This document shows positions 1 through 9,344 of a stretch of 64,000 nt of DNA, one piece after another (position 1 is the first letter of the stretch; each line of letters opens with the position of its first letter). Source of the DNA: Planctomycetota bacterium (lineage in GTDB: Bacteria > Planctomycetota > B15-G4 > SIAN01); NCBI GenBank assembly GCA_031409275.1, contig JANNXA010000018.1:59339-123338 (forward strand), given 5' to 3'. The notes beneath the pieces were generated by a model. It was not told the origin of the DNA. It searched no databases and saw only the letters and a program-made list of their open reading frames with translations. The translations under genes and the position numbers were made by a program.

Positions 1-51
1 GACTCCGATCGGGGAGTTCGCGCGCGCGATCGTTGCGCGGTGGCGGTGCAT
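1..51 (-). CDS. Partial CDS running off the window edge (MHRHRATIARANSPIGV...), possibly the next heme gene such as ferrochelatase
   Basis: ATG at 51 preceded by AGGA, just after the hemN stop; only 17 codons visible, so the product is a guess from context. Confidence 0.25.
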   Translation of the reverse strand, partial: MHRHRATIARANSPIGV

Positions 52-57
52 CGTTTC

Positions 58-1461
58 CTAGACCGTCTGGGAGAAGCGCGGGCCGCTGCCGGCGGACGCA
101 CTCTCGACGAAGGTGTCGAATCGCATTGCCACGTTGCGAGCGAGGTATCTGCCGGGGCCGGTCAGTTCGAGCGTGGCGCCCTCGATCACCAGCAGTCCGT
201 CAGCGACGAACGGCGCCAGTTGCTCGAACTCCCGCGCGAAGTGGGCGGCGAAGTCGACACCGTGGCGCGCACCGATCGCCGCGCCGTCGACGCGCAGCAG
301 GCAGAGCAGCGAGCGGATCACGTCGCGCCGCAGCGCGTCCTCCTGCGAAAGCGCAAACCCGCGCCGCGTGGCGAGTCCGTGCTGCCGGATCGCTGCGGTC
401 CACTCGGGAAGCGTCTCGTGGTTCTGCGCGTACAGGCGGTCGAGCTCGCCGATCGCGGAGGGGCCGAGGCCCACGGCGTGGTCGGCGTGGCGCACCGCGA
501 AGCCCATGAAGTTGCGTGTCAGCGTCCCGTTGGCTCGCGCGGCGAAGAGCGGATCGGTCGGCCGCGCGAAGTGGTCGAAGCCGATCGATGCGTAGCCGGC
601 CGCTTCGAGGCGTTCGACGGCGAGCTCGTACAGGTCGCGCCGCAGCGGAGGCGCAGGGAGCGTCGCCTCGTCGATCGACCGCTGCTGCTTCTTCAGCCAC
701 GGAACATGGGCGTAGCCGTAGACCGCGAGGCGATCGGGCCCCATCGCGATCACCTGGTCGAGCGTGCGCGCGAAGCCGGCAAGCGTCTGCCTGGGCAGTC
801 CGTAGATGAGGTCGACGTTGATGCTGCCGAAGCCGCGCGTGCGCGCGTGCGCAAAGAGACTCGCGGTTTCCTCGTGGGTCTGGAAGCGATGGATGGCCGC
901 CTGCACCTCGGGTGAGAGATCCTGCACGCCCATCGAGAGGCGCGTGAAGCCGCGCTCCGCGAGCAGGTCGAGCTGTGCCGGGCGCGTCACGTGCGGATGG
1001 ACTTCGAGGCCCTTCTCGCGGCAGTCCGCGAAGTCGAAGCGCGCCTCGAGCAGATCGAGCAGTTGAGCGAGCTGCGCCTCGTCGAGGTGGGTCGGCGTGC
1101 CGCCGCCGAGGTGGAGCGCCCCGATTGTGAGCGGCCGGCCGGCGGCGCGCGCGACCGCGTCGACCTCGCGCGAGAGCGTCGCGAGGTAGTCGACCACTGG
1201 CTCGCGCTTCTTCGTGATGAAGGTGTGGCAGCCGCAGAAGGTGCAGAGCTGCTCGCAGAACGGCAGGTGCACGTAGATCTCGCCGTCGGCGCGTCCGGCG
1301 ACGGCGTGCGCGCGCCCGAGTGCTGCGAGCTCGTCGGCGAGCTGCCGCGGCCCGATCGCGTCGCTCCAGCTCGGGACGGGCGGATAGCTCGTGTAGCGCG
1401 GACCGTTCTTGCCGTACTTGACCAGCAACTCGTCGGCGACGCGCGGCGGAGCGAGGCTCAT
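58..1461 (-). CDS. hemN: Oxygen-independent coproporphyrinogen III oxidase (radical SAM)
   Basis: GPRYTSYP, YVHLPFCEQLCTFCGC (CxxxCxxC), GGGTPT, RNFMGF, C-terminal RFSQTV; ATG at 1461 overlaps the hemE stop (ATGA). Confidence 0.95.
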   Translation of the reverse strand: MSLAPPRVADELLVKYGKNGPRYTSYPPVPSWSDAIGPRQLADELAALGRAHAVAGRADGEIYVHLPFCEQLCTFCGCHTFITKKREPVVDYLATLSREVDAVARAAGRPLTIGALHLGGGTPTHLDEAQLAQLLDLLEARFDFADCREKGLEVHPHVTRPAQLDLLAERGFTRLSMGVQDLSPEVQAAIHRFQTHEETASLFAHARTRGFGSINVDLIYGLPRQTLAGFARTLDQVIAMGPDRLAVYGYAHVPWLKKQQRSIDEATLPAPPLRRDLYELAVERLEAAGYASIGFDHFARPTDPLFAARANGTLTRNFMGFAVRHADHAVGLGPSAIGELDRLYAQNHETLPEWTAAIRQHGLATRRGFALSQEDALRRDVIRSLLCLLRVDGAAIGARHGVDFAAHFAREFEQLAPFVADGLLVIEGATLELTGPGRYLARNVAMRFDTFVESASAGSGPRFSQTV

Positions 1462-2525
1462 GGCGACACCAACGCGTCGACCAGTGCGGCGACGCAATCG
1501 GGCTTCGCCTCGGGCGTGATGCCGTGGCCGAGGTTGGCGATGAAGCGCGAGCGCGGCGCCATCGCGCGGCGCAGCGCGAGGGCCGCCGCAGCCGCCTGTT
1601 CGGGTGCGCCGAGCAGCAGCGCCGGGTCGAGGTTGCCCTGCACGGTCACGTGCGCCGGTACGCTCGCCGCGAACTCCGGGAGGTCGATGGTCCAGTCGAC
1701 CGCGATGCCATCCGCGCCCGTCTCGAGCGCGAGCCGTGCGTGGTCGGCCGAGCCGCGCAGAAACCAGAGGACGGGCACGCCGAGCGATCGCACCCGCGTG
1801 ACGAGATGGCGCGCTGCCGGCAACACGAGGCGGCGCCACTGCGATGGCGGCAGCAGCCCGCCCCAGCTGTCGAAGAGCTGCACCGCTTGCGCGCCCCCTT
1901 CGACCTGCAGCGCGAGGTAGCTCGCCACGCCATCGGCGAGCTTCTCCAGCAGCGCAGCGAAGCTCGCCTCGTCGGCGTTCGCCAGCGCGCGCGCCTTCTC
2001 GAAGCCCTTGGCTCCCTTGCCTTGCAGCAGGTAGAGCGCCAGCGTGAGCGGCGCGCCGGAGAAGCCGATGCGCGCGACGTGGAGCGGCAGTTCGCGCTCG
2101 AGCAGTCGCAGCGTGCGCGCCGGCGCCGTCACGGCATCGTTCGGCTCGAACCGCGCGGGCGTCGCCGCCGCTTTCGCGTCGCGTGGGCCGTCGATCACTT
2201 CAGGGCCGTGGTCGCCGTAGCGGACGGTCCAGCCGAGTCCCTCGAACGGCACCAGCAGGTCGGAGAAGACGATCGCCGCGTCGAGCGCGAATCGGCGAAT
2301 CGGCTGCAGCGTCACCTCGCATGCGGCGGCCGGATCGGCGCAGAGGTCGCCAAACGCGATCTTCTCGCGCAGCGCGCGGTACTCCGGCAGGTAGCGACCC
2401 GCCTGGCGATAGAGCCACGTCGGCGGATGGTCGACCGGCTCGCCGGCGAGCGCGCGCAACAGCAACGGCCGGGTGGCGGGACGCGGGGCGGTGAGCGGGG
2501 TGGCGAGCGGGATCGCAGGGGTCAC
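1458..2525 (-). CDS. hemE: Uroporphyrinogen decarboxylase
   Basis: WLYRQAGRYLPEY, DAAIVFSDLL, QLFDSW, VQGNLDP, NLGHGI; GTG start overlapping the regulator stop. Confidence 0.95.
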   Translation of the reverse strand: MTPAIPLATPLTAPRPATRPLLLRALAGEPVDHPPTWLYRQAGRYLPEYRALREKIAFGDLCADPAAACEVTLQPIRRFALDAAIVFSDLLVPFEGLGWTVRYGDHGPEVIDGPRDAKAAATPARFEPNDAVTAPARTLRLLERELPLHVARIGFSGAPLTLALYLLQGKGAKGFEKARALANADEASFAALLEKLADGVASYLALQVEGGAQAVQLFDSWGGLLPPSQWRRLVLPAARHLVTRVRSLGVPVLWFLRGSADHARLALETGADGIAVDWTIDLPEFAASVPAHVTVQGNLDPALLLGAPEQAAAAALALRRAMAPRSRFIANLGHGITPEAKPDCVAALVDALVSP

Positions 2526-3250
2526 GGCGGGCTCCTCGGTTCGGGCGTCACGGCGAGCCGATAGCCGATGCCGCGATGGGTGTGCAGCCACTGCGGATGG
2601 CTCGCGTCGGCCTCGATCACGCGGCGCAGCTTCATCACGAAGTTGTCGACGGTGCGCTCGGTCGGGTCGGCCTGCGGCCCCCAGACCTTGTCGAGCAGTT
2701 CGCCGCGTCGCACCACCTGCCCGCGCCGCTCGGCGAGGTAGCGCAGGAGGTCGAACTCCTTGCCGCTCAGCCGATGGACCGCTCCGTCGATCTCGACCTC
2801 GCCGCTTTTCAGGTTGATGCGCGCGGTGCCGAGTCGCAGCACGCTGCGGCCGTAGACCGGCGATGCGGAGCGCTCGCGGCGGCGCAGCAGCGCGGCGACG
2901 CGCGCCAGGAGTTCGCGCAGGTCGAACGGCTTGGCGAGGTAGTCGTCGCCGCCCGCCTGCAGGCCGCGCACGCGCTCGGCCGTCGAGCCGAGCGCGGAAA
3001 GGAACAGGATCGGGGTGTCGGCGTCGACGGCGCGCAGCCGCGCGCAGAACTCGAATCCGTCGAGGCCGGGCAGCATCACGTCGAGCACGACGAGGTCGAT
3101 GCCGCCCACCTCGGCCAGCGCGAGCGCCTGCGCACCGTCGCCGCAAACCTGCACCAGGTGCCCTTCGTGGGCAAGGTTGATGCGGAGCGCCTCGGCGATG
3201 CCGGAGTCGTCCTCGACGACGAGCAGACGGGCGGCGAGCGCCGTGCTCAT
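2522..3250 (-). CDS. OmpR-family response regulator
   Basis: LLVVEDD, LDVMLPGLDG, GGDDYLAKPF, winged-helix RTVDNFVMKLRR...RGIGYR. Confidence 0.95.
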   Translation of the reverse strand: MSTALAARLLVVEDDSGIAEALRINLAHEGHLVQVCGDGAQALALAEVGGIDLVVLDVMLPGLDGFEFCARLRAVDADTPILFLSALGSTAERVRGLQAGGDDYLAKPFDLRELLARVAALLRRRERSASPVYGRSVLRLGTARINLKSGEVEIDGAVHRLSGKEFDLLRYLAERRGQVVRRGELLDKVWGPQADPTERTVDNFVMKLRRVIEADASHPQWLHTHRGIGYRLAVTPEPRSPP

Positions 3251-4251
3251 GCGCGTGCCTCCAGCAGCGGCAAGGTGAAGGCGAACGTGGCCCCGCAGTT
3301 GGCGCCAGCGCTGTGCGCCGCGACGCTGCCGCCATGCAGCGCGACGATCTCGCGCACCAGCCACAGCCCGAGGCCCAATCCGGGGCGGCTGCGATCGGCG
3401 GGCGCGGCGCCGCGCTGGAAGCGGTCGAAGAGCTCGAGCGCTTGGCTCTGCTCGAAACCGACGCCGCGGTCGATGACCGAGAGCTTGGCCGCGGCGCCGT
3501 CGCGCTCGACGGTCACGGTGAGGTGGGGCGCCTCGTGCGAGTACTTGAGCGCGTTGTCGAGCAGGTTGCCGAGCGCGCTCTGCAACAGCGATGGGTCGGC
3601 GCGAACCGAGAGGCCCGGCGCGATGCGGCGCACCAGCGTCGCGCCGCGCGATTCGAGGAGCGGAGCGCGCTGCGCGAGGCCGCGCTCCACCTCGGCGGCG
3701 AGGTCGAGGGCGATGAAGGTCGCGCGCAGCTTGCCGGCGTGGAGGCGTCCGGCGGCCAGGACGTTGTCGACGAGGTCCTCGAGGCGGCGCGCGTTGGCCA
3801 CGAGCGTCTGCGCGAGGCGGGCGCGGTCGGCGTCGCTGCCACGGTGGAGCTCGATCGATTGGGCGGCGAGCATGAGTGACGTGAGCGGGGTCTTGAAGTC
3901 ATGGCTCACGGCGGCGAGCAGCTGGTTCTGCTCGTGCTCACGCGTGAGCTCGCGGCCCATCAGCCAGTAGATGCTGACGACGCCGCCGATCAGTGCCGCC
4001 GCGAGGAACGCCCCTTCCGCCACCGCCATGCGTTCACGGCTCTTGCGGATCGACTCGGCGTGCTCGGACGTGTCGCCGAGCTGCACTGCCGCGACGACGT
4101 CGCGCCGCGCCTCACGGAGCTGGAAGTAGATCCACCAGCCGATCTGCGCCAGGCAAAGCGTGACCACCGCGAAGATGACGATGCGGGCGCGCCGAAAGCG
4201 GACGGCGCGGACGGTGTCGGCGGCGGCGGCGGCGGTCGCAGTCGCGGTCAT
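3247..4251 (-). CDS. Membrane sensor histidine kinase (two TM helices, short external loop)
   Basis: H-box SHDFKTPLT, N-box NLLDNALKYS, D-box DRGVG, G-box GLGLGL. Confidence 0.93.
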   Translation of the reverse strand: MTATATAAAAADTVRAVRFRRARIVIFAVVTLCLAQIGWWIYFQLREARRDVVAAVQLGDTSEHAESIRKSRERMAVAEGAFLAAALIGGVVSIYWLMGRELTREHEQNQLLAAVSHDFKTPLTSLMLAAQSIELHRGSDADRARLAQTLVANARRLEDLVDNVLAAGRLHAGKLRATFIALDLAAEVERGLAQRAPLLESRGATLVRRIAPGLSVRADPSLLQSALGNLLDNALKYSHEAPHLTVTVERDGAAAKLSVIDRGVGFEQSQALELFDRFQRGAAPADRSRPGLGLGLWLVREIVALHGGSVAAHSAGANCGATFAFTLPLLEARA

Positions 4252-4261
4252 GCAGGCTCCT

Positions 4262-5614
4262 TCAGCTCGGGGATCGCAACGTCGCGTCATCGGCGAGCTC
4301 GGCAAGCGACCGCGTCAGCGCCGCGGCGAACTCCTGCGCGACAGCGGGACCATGCGCGCTCGACACGAACCCGACCTCATCCTGCGCCGGCGCGAGCAGC
4401 ACGCCGTGGGCGCGCAAACGCTCGTGGAGGCGCGCGAAACGTCTTCGAACCAGTGCGTCCGCGCGGTCGGCGCGGCGTGGCGGTGCGCCGTCGCCCGTCC
4501 ACAGCCAGAACATGCTGCCGAAGAAGAGCGGCAGGAGCGAGAACGGGGCGGTGCGGCAGACCGGCGCGATCGCCGCTTCGAGGCCGGCGCTGCAGGCGTC
4601 GAGGCGGGCGCGTTCGACCGGATCGAGCGCGAGCTGAACGCTGGCGAGTCCGGCGGCCATCGCCACCGGATTGCCGCTCAGCGTGCCGGCCTGGTAGACG
4701 GGCCCGAGCGGCGCGAGCAGGTCCATGACGCGCGCCGGCCCAGCCACCGCGCCGACCGGCAGCCCACCGCCGACGATCTTGCCGAGCGTGACGAGGTCGG
4801 GCGCGACGCCGAATCGCTCGGCGGCGCCGCCGGGCGCGACGCGCAGCCCGCTGATGACCTCGTCGAAGATGAGCAGCGCGCCACACGAGTCGCAGAGCTT
4901 GCGCAGCGTGGGCAGGAACTCGGGGCGTTGCAGCAGCAGGCCCGAGTTGGCCGGCACCGGCTCGACGAGCAGCGCCGCGATCTGGTCGCCCTCGCGCGCG
5001 ATCACGTCGGCGACCGCGTCAAGATCGTCGAGCGGGACGAGGCGCGTGTCGGCGACCCGGCCGGCCGGCACCCCGGCAGAAGAGGCGTCGGGCAGCGCGT
5101 GGAGTCCCGAGCCGCCGCGCACCAGCACGGCGTCGGAGTGGCCGTGGTAGCAGCCCTCGAAGCGCAAGAGCACGTTGCGCTTCGTTGCGGCGCGGGCGAG
5201 GCGGATCGCCGTCATCACCGCTTCGGTGCCGCTGTTCACGAAGCGGACGCGCTGCGCGAACGGGAGCACGGTCAGCAGCAGCTCGGCCAGTTCGACCTCG
5301 CCGCGCGACGTCAGGCCGAAGCAGCTGCCGTCGGCCACCGCGCGTTGGACGGCCTCGACGATGCGCGGATGGGCGTGGCCGAAGAGCAGCGGGCCGAACG
5401 AGAGGATGCAATCGACGTAACGGCGCCCCTCGAGGTCCCACACGTAGGGCCCGGCGCCGCGCGCGGCCAGCAGCGGTTCTTCGCCGACGCCACGGAAGGA
5501 GCGGACCGGCGAGGAGACTCCGCCCGGCAGGACTCGACGCGCCCGCTCGACCCAGCCGCTCATGGCGACGCTCGTGGCGGTCGCAATCGAATTCGAGGTC
5601 GTCGTCGGGGTCAT
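4262..5614 (-). CDS. hemL: Glutamate-1-semialdehyde 2,1-aminomutase
   Basis: PGGVSSPVR, NSGTEA, FEGCYHGH, FDEV, LGKIVGGGLP, YQAGTLSGNP; ATG overlaps the hemB stop. Confidence 0.95.
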   Translation of the reverse strand: MTPTTTSNSIATATSVAMSGWVERARRVLPGGVSSPVRSFRGVGEEPLLAARGAGPYVWDLEGRRYVDCILSFGPLLFGHAHPRIVEAVQRAVADGSCFGLTSRGEVELAELLLTVLPFAQRVRFVNSGTEAVMTAIRLARAATKRNVLLRFEGCYHGHSDAVLVRGGSGLHALPDASSAGVPAGRVADTRLVPLDDLDAVADVIAREGDQIAALLVEPVPANSGLLLQRPEFLPTLRKLCDSCGALLIFDEVISGLRVAPGGAAERFGVAPDLVTLGKIVGGGLPVGAVAGPARVMDLLAPLGPVYQAGTLSGNPVAMAAGLASVQLALDPVERARLDACSAGLEAAIAPVCRTAPFSLLPLFFGSMFWLWTGDGAPPRRADRADALVRRRFARLHERLRAHGVLLAPAQDEVGFVSSAHGPAVAQEFAAALTRSLAELADDATLRSPS

Positions 5615-6606
5615 CGCAGCCACCCTTTCTGCAGCGCTTCACGCGCGTGGTAGGTGATGACGAGATCGGCCCCGGCGCGCGCGAAGGCGAGCAGGTTCTC
5701 GCGCACCACCGCTCCCTCGTCGATCCAGCCGCGCTCCGCGGCCGCCTTCACCTGCGCGTATTCGCCACTCACGTTGTAGGCGACCAGCGGGAGGCGGGTC
5801 GCCGCGCGCGCACGCGCCAGCACGTCGAGGTAGGCGAGCGCCGGCTTCACCATCAGCAGATCGGCGCCTTCCGCCTCATCGGCGGCGATCTCGCGCAACG
5901 CCTCGCGGCCGTTGCGCAGGTCCATCTGGTAGGTGCGGCGATCGCCGAACTGGGGCGCCGAACTCGCTGCTTCGCGGAACGGACCGTAGTAGCCCGACGC
6001 GAACTTCGCGGCATACGAGAGGATCCCGGTCGCGGTGCACTCCGCCTCGTCGAGCGCGGCGCGCAGGACGGCGACGCGGCCATCCATCATGTCGCTCGGC
6101 GCAACGAAGTCGGCGCCGGCGCGCGCGTGCGCGACCGCCATGGCCGCCAGCGCCGCGAGGCTCGCGTCGTTCACCACGCAGCCGCTCTCGACGAAACCGC
6201 AATGACCGTGCGAGGTGTAGGCGCACAAGCAGACGTCGGTGTGGATCACCAGGCTGGCGCCGAAGCGCTGGCGCAGCTCGCGGACGGCGCGCGGCACGAG
6301 CCCGTCGACATCGGCGGCGCGCCGGCCTTGTGGGTCCTTCAGCTCAGGATCGTCGATCACGCCGAAGAGCAACATGCTCGCGAGGCCGAGCGCGAGGTCG
6401 CGTTCGACGTCGCGCAGCAACTCGTCGAGGCCGACCCGATCGATGCCAGGCAGCGCGCCGATCGGCTTGCGCGTCGCTCGCGAATCGACCACGAAGTGGG
6501 GCTGGATGAGCTGCGAGGGGTGGAGGCGCGTCTCGGCGAGCGCCTCGCGCAATGCCGCGCTCGACCGCAAGCGGCGCAGGCGCACGAAAGAACTCAGCGA
6601 GCGCAT
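5611..6606 (-). CDS. hemB: Porphobilinogen synthase (Zn-type)
   Basis: RLRRLR, DVCLCAYTSHGHCG, APSDMMDGR, YGPFREA, MVKP, AYNVSGEY. Confidence 0.96.
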   Translation of the reverse strand: MRSLSSFVRLRRLRSSAALREALAETRLHPSQLIQPHFVVDSRATRKPIGALPGIDRVGLDELLRDVERDLALGLASMLLFGVIDDPELKDPQGRRAADVDGLVPRAVRELRQRFGASLVIHTDVCLCAYTSHGHCGFVESGCVVNDASLAALAAMAVAHARAGADFVAPSDMMDGRVAVLRAALDEAECTATGILSYAAKFASGYYGPFREAASSAPQFGDRRTYQMDLRNGREALREIAADEAEGADLLMVKPALAYLDVLARARAATRLPLVAYNVSGEYAQVKAAAERGWIDEGAVVRENLLAFARAGADLVITYHAREALQKGWLR

Positions 6607-8267
6607 GGCGTCTCCTTGAACGAAGCCAGTGCCGCGTCGAGTGCGGCGTGCAACGGGGCGCCGGTCGGCAGCGCCGCCGTCGTGACGTCGCATATGCCGA
6701 GCGCGGCGAGCTGCGCCGCCGTGGTCGCACCACCGGCGACGAAGCGCAGAGAGGCGGGCGCTGCCGCGAGGCGCGCCGCAACGCGCGGTCGGGCCAGCAG
6801 CGCGCGCGCCGCGCTCGGGCTCGCGAGAAGCGCGACGATCGGCGCATCGGGCAGTTCGGGGTCGTCGCTGCGGGCGACCGTCGCGTAGAGCGGGAGCGGC
6901 TGCACGAAGAAGCCGAGCGCTTCGAGCTCGCGCGCCAGCGTGCCTTCCGGCTCGAGCGGACCGGGATGGAGCACGCGCGCGCCGGTTCTCAACCGCGCGG
7001 CGAGTCGTTGCGCGAATGCGTGGCCGCCGCTGCCATCACCGATCGTGAAGGGCGTCGCGCCGTGCGCGGCGAGCGCGGCGGCAGTGGCTGGGCCGATGGC
7101 GGCGTAGCGCGGCGCCTTCCGCGTCGTGGAGGGGGGCGCGAGCGCGGGTGAGCGGAGGTGGTGGAAGTAGCTCTGCACGGCGCGCTGGCTGGTGAAGGCG
7201 ATGGCGTCCCACTCGTGCGCGCTCGGCAATGCGGCCGCGATCGTGCCTGCGGTCGGTTGCTCGACGAAGTCGATCGCCGGCTGCGCCAGATGGGCGATCT
7301 GCCGCTCGCGCAGATGCGCCACGAGCGGCGCGTCGAGGCCGGTCGGCCGCGTCAGCAGCACGATCGGCTGGCGCCGCAACGTTGCGGCCGCGAGGGTCGC
7401 CGCGGTCGCGCCGTCGGGCGCGCGCACCTCGACGCGGCGCAACTCACCGCCCATCGGATCTCCATCGAGCGCGAGGCACGCGTGGAGGACGAGGTCGCCA
7501 CCGTCGCGGCGCGCCAGCGCACCGAGCGGCAGGCTGCAGCCGCCATCGAGTCGCGCCAGCAGGAGGCGCTCGGCCTGCGAGGCATCGCGCGCGTCGGGGT
7601 CGACCAACGCGTGCACCGCGAACGCGAGTTCGGGCTCGTCGGCGCGCAGCCGCGCGGCCAGCACGCCCTGGCCGGGCGCCGGCAGGAAGCGTGGCGGATC
7701 GAGCGGGACGACGTCGAGGTCGCGAAGGTCGAGGGCGAGACGCTCGATGCCGGCAGCGGCCAGCATGATCGCGTCGTACTCACCGCGGCGCAGCTTTTCG
7801 ATGCGGGTCGGCACGTTGCCGCGCAGGTCGACCACGTCGATGCCTCGGCAAACATGCGCGAGCTGCGCGAAGCGGCGCGTCGAGCTGGTGCCGACGCGTG
7901 CCCCAGGCGGCAGCATCGGCGCGGCGCCGTGCGGTGCGGCGCGCAGGACGCCGCGGCGCGCCAGCAGGAGGTCGCGCGGATCGGCGCGCGGCAGCACCGT
8001 CAACGTGACGAGGCCGTCGGGATCGTCGGTCGGCAGATCCTTCAGCGAGTGGATCGCGAGGTCGATCGCGCGGGCGTACAGCGCCTCGTCGAGCTCCTTG
8101 GTGAAGAAGGCCTTGCCCTCGAGCTCGCGGAACGGCCGATCGCTGGCGTCGCCACGGGTGGCGATGGTCACCAGCTCGACGGCGAGGCCGGTGGCGCGCA
8201 GCCGATCGGCGACCAGACCCGACTGGCGCAGGGCCAGCGCGCTGCCGCGTGTGCCGAGCCGGATCAT
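6594..8267 (-). CDS. hemC: Fused hydroxymethylbilane synthase / uroporphyrinogen-III synthase (HemC-HemD)
   Basis: MIRLGTRGSALA, HSLKDLP, GTSSTRR, LRGNVPTR, GGCSLP; C-terminal HemD-like VLLTRP, FTSQRAV, AIGPATA, ASPSAA, GATTA. Confidence 0.9.
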   Translation of the reverse strand: MIRLGTRGSALALRQSGLVADRLRATGLAVELVTIATRGDASDRPFRELEGKAFFTKELDEALYARAIDLAIHSLKDLPTDDPDGLVTLTVLPRADPRDLLLARRGVLRAAPHGAAPMLPPGARVGTSSTRRFAQLAHVCRGIDVVDLRGNVPTRIEKLRRGEYDAIMLAAAGIERLALDLRDLDVVPLDPPRFLPAPGQGVLAARLRADEPELAFAVHALVDPDARDASQAERLLLARLDGGCSLPLGALARRDGGDLVLHACLALDGDPMGGELRRVEVRAPDGATAATLAAATLRRQPIVLLTRPTGLDAPLVAHLRERQIAHLAQPAIDFVEQPTAGTIAAALPSAHEWDAIAFTSQRAVQSYFHHLRSPALAPPSTTRKAPRYAAIGPATAAALAAHGATPFTIGDGSGGHAFAQRLAARLRTGARVLHPGPLEPEGTLARELEALGFFVQPLPLYATVARSDDPELPDAPIVALLASPSAARALLARPRVAARLAAAPASLRFVAGGATTAAQLAALGICDVTTAALPTGAPLHAALDAALASFKETPCAR

Positions 8268-9310
8268 CGATCGGCTCCACCGAGCGCGATCGTGGTGCGC
8301 GCGCGGTCGACGAAGAGGTGGCCGCGCCGCGCGATCGCCGCGTCGATCCACGCCTCGATCGTGGCGACGACGTCGGTCAGTCGCGCCGCGTGGTGGCCGG
8401 CGAGCGCGCGCAGGTCGTCAAGGTCGGCGTAGTGGAAGCGGTCGCGCGCGACCGGATCGACGTTGCGCGGCAATCCCAGATCGACGACACCGGCGGAAAG
8501 CGGCAGGCGCGTCGCCAGCCACTCGCTGCCGAAGAGCGGCTGCTCGCAAAAGGTGGCTCCGATCAGGCCACGCAACGGCGTGCGGGTGGCGAGGAAGTCG
8601 TCGCGCAGCTGCCATGCGGTTGCGTGGCGAGCGGCGAGCGCGGCGCAGCGGCGCGGGTCGCGGCCGACGACGATCCAACCGTCGCGCGCCTGCTTGGGGC
8701 AGGATGCCAGGAGGGCCTCCGCCATCGTGCCGGTCCCGACCAGCGCAAGCGGCGCCGCTCCGGGCGCCGCCATGACCTCCGCACGCAGGTGGCGCAGCGC
8801 GAGGCGCGCGAGGTCGCAGCCGAGCTGGGCGAGGTTCGTCTCGCGACGCACCTTCTTGCCGACCTGCAGGGCGAGATCGAAGGCGGAGCAGAGCGTCGAG
8901 TCGAGCGTCGCGGCGGAGCGCGCGCGCTGCAGGGCGTCGCGCACCTGGCCGAGGATCTGCTCCTCCCCGAGCGCCGCCGATTCGAGCGAACAGGCGACGC
9001 GCAGGAGGTGGCGCAGCGCGCCCTCGCCCGCCGCGGACTGCAATGCGCGCGGCGAGATCGGCGTGGGGAACGCGGCGGCGAAGGCGGCCGCGAGCATCGC
9101 CGGTTCGGGGCGCTGCGTCGTGCTGAGCGCCAATGAGACGCGATTGCACGTGACCAGTGCGACGACGCCTTGCGCGCCGACCCGATCACGCGCGCGTGAC
9201 GCCGCCGCGAGCGGGTCGCCGCCGGCCATCGCCAGCGCCGCCAGCTCGTCGAGCGGGAGCAGGTGCAGGTCGCTTCCGACGGTGGCGAAGCAGCTCATGC
9301 CGAGCTTCAT
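8264..9310 (-). CDS. hemA: Glutamyl-tRNA reductase, short form (alternative GTG start at 9337)
   Basis: TCNR catalytic motif, SLESAALGEEQILGQVR, VGKKVRRET, VGTGTMA, DLGLPRNVDP. Confidence 0.85.
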   Translation of the reverse strand: MKLGMSCFATVGSDLHLLPLDELAALAMAGGDPLAAASRARDRVGAQGVVALVTCNRVSLALSTTQRPEPAMLAAAFAAAFPTPISPRALQSAAGEGALRHLLRVACSLESAALGEEQILGQVRDALQRARSAATLDSTLCSAFDLALQVGKKVRRETNLAQLGCDLARLALRHLRAEVMAAPGAAPLALVGTGTMAEALLASCPKQARDGWIVVGRDPRRCAALAARHATAWQLRDDFLATRTPLRGLIGATFCEQPLFGSEWLATRLPLSAGVVDLGLPRNVDPVARDRFHYADLDDLRALAGHHAARLTDVVATIEAWIDAAIARRGHLFVDRARTTIALGGADR

Positions 9311-9344
9311 CGCCTGGCCGGCCACTCGCTCCGTCACCGGAGCG

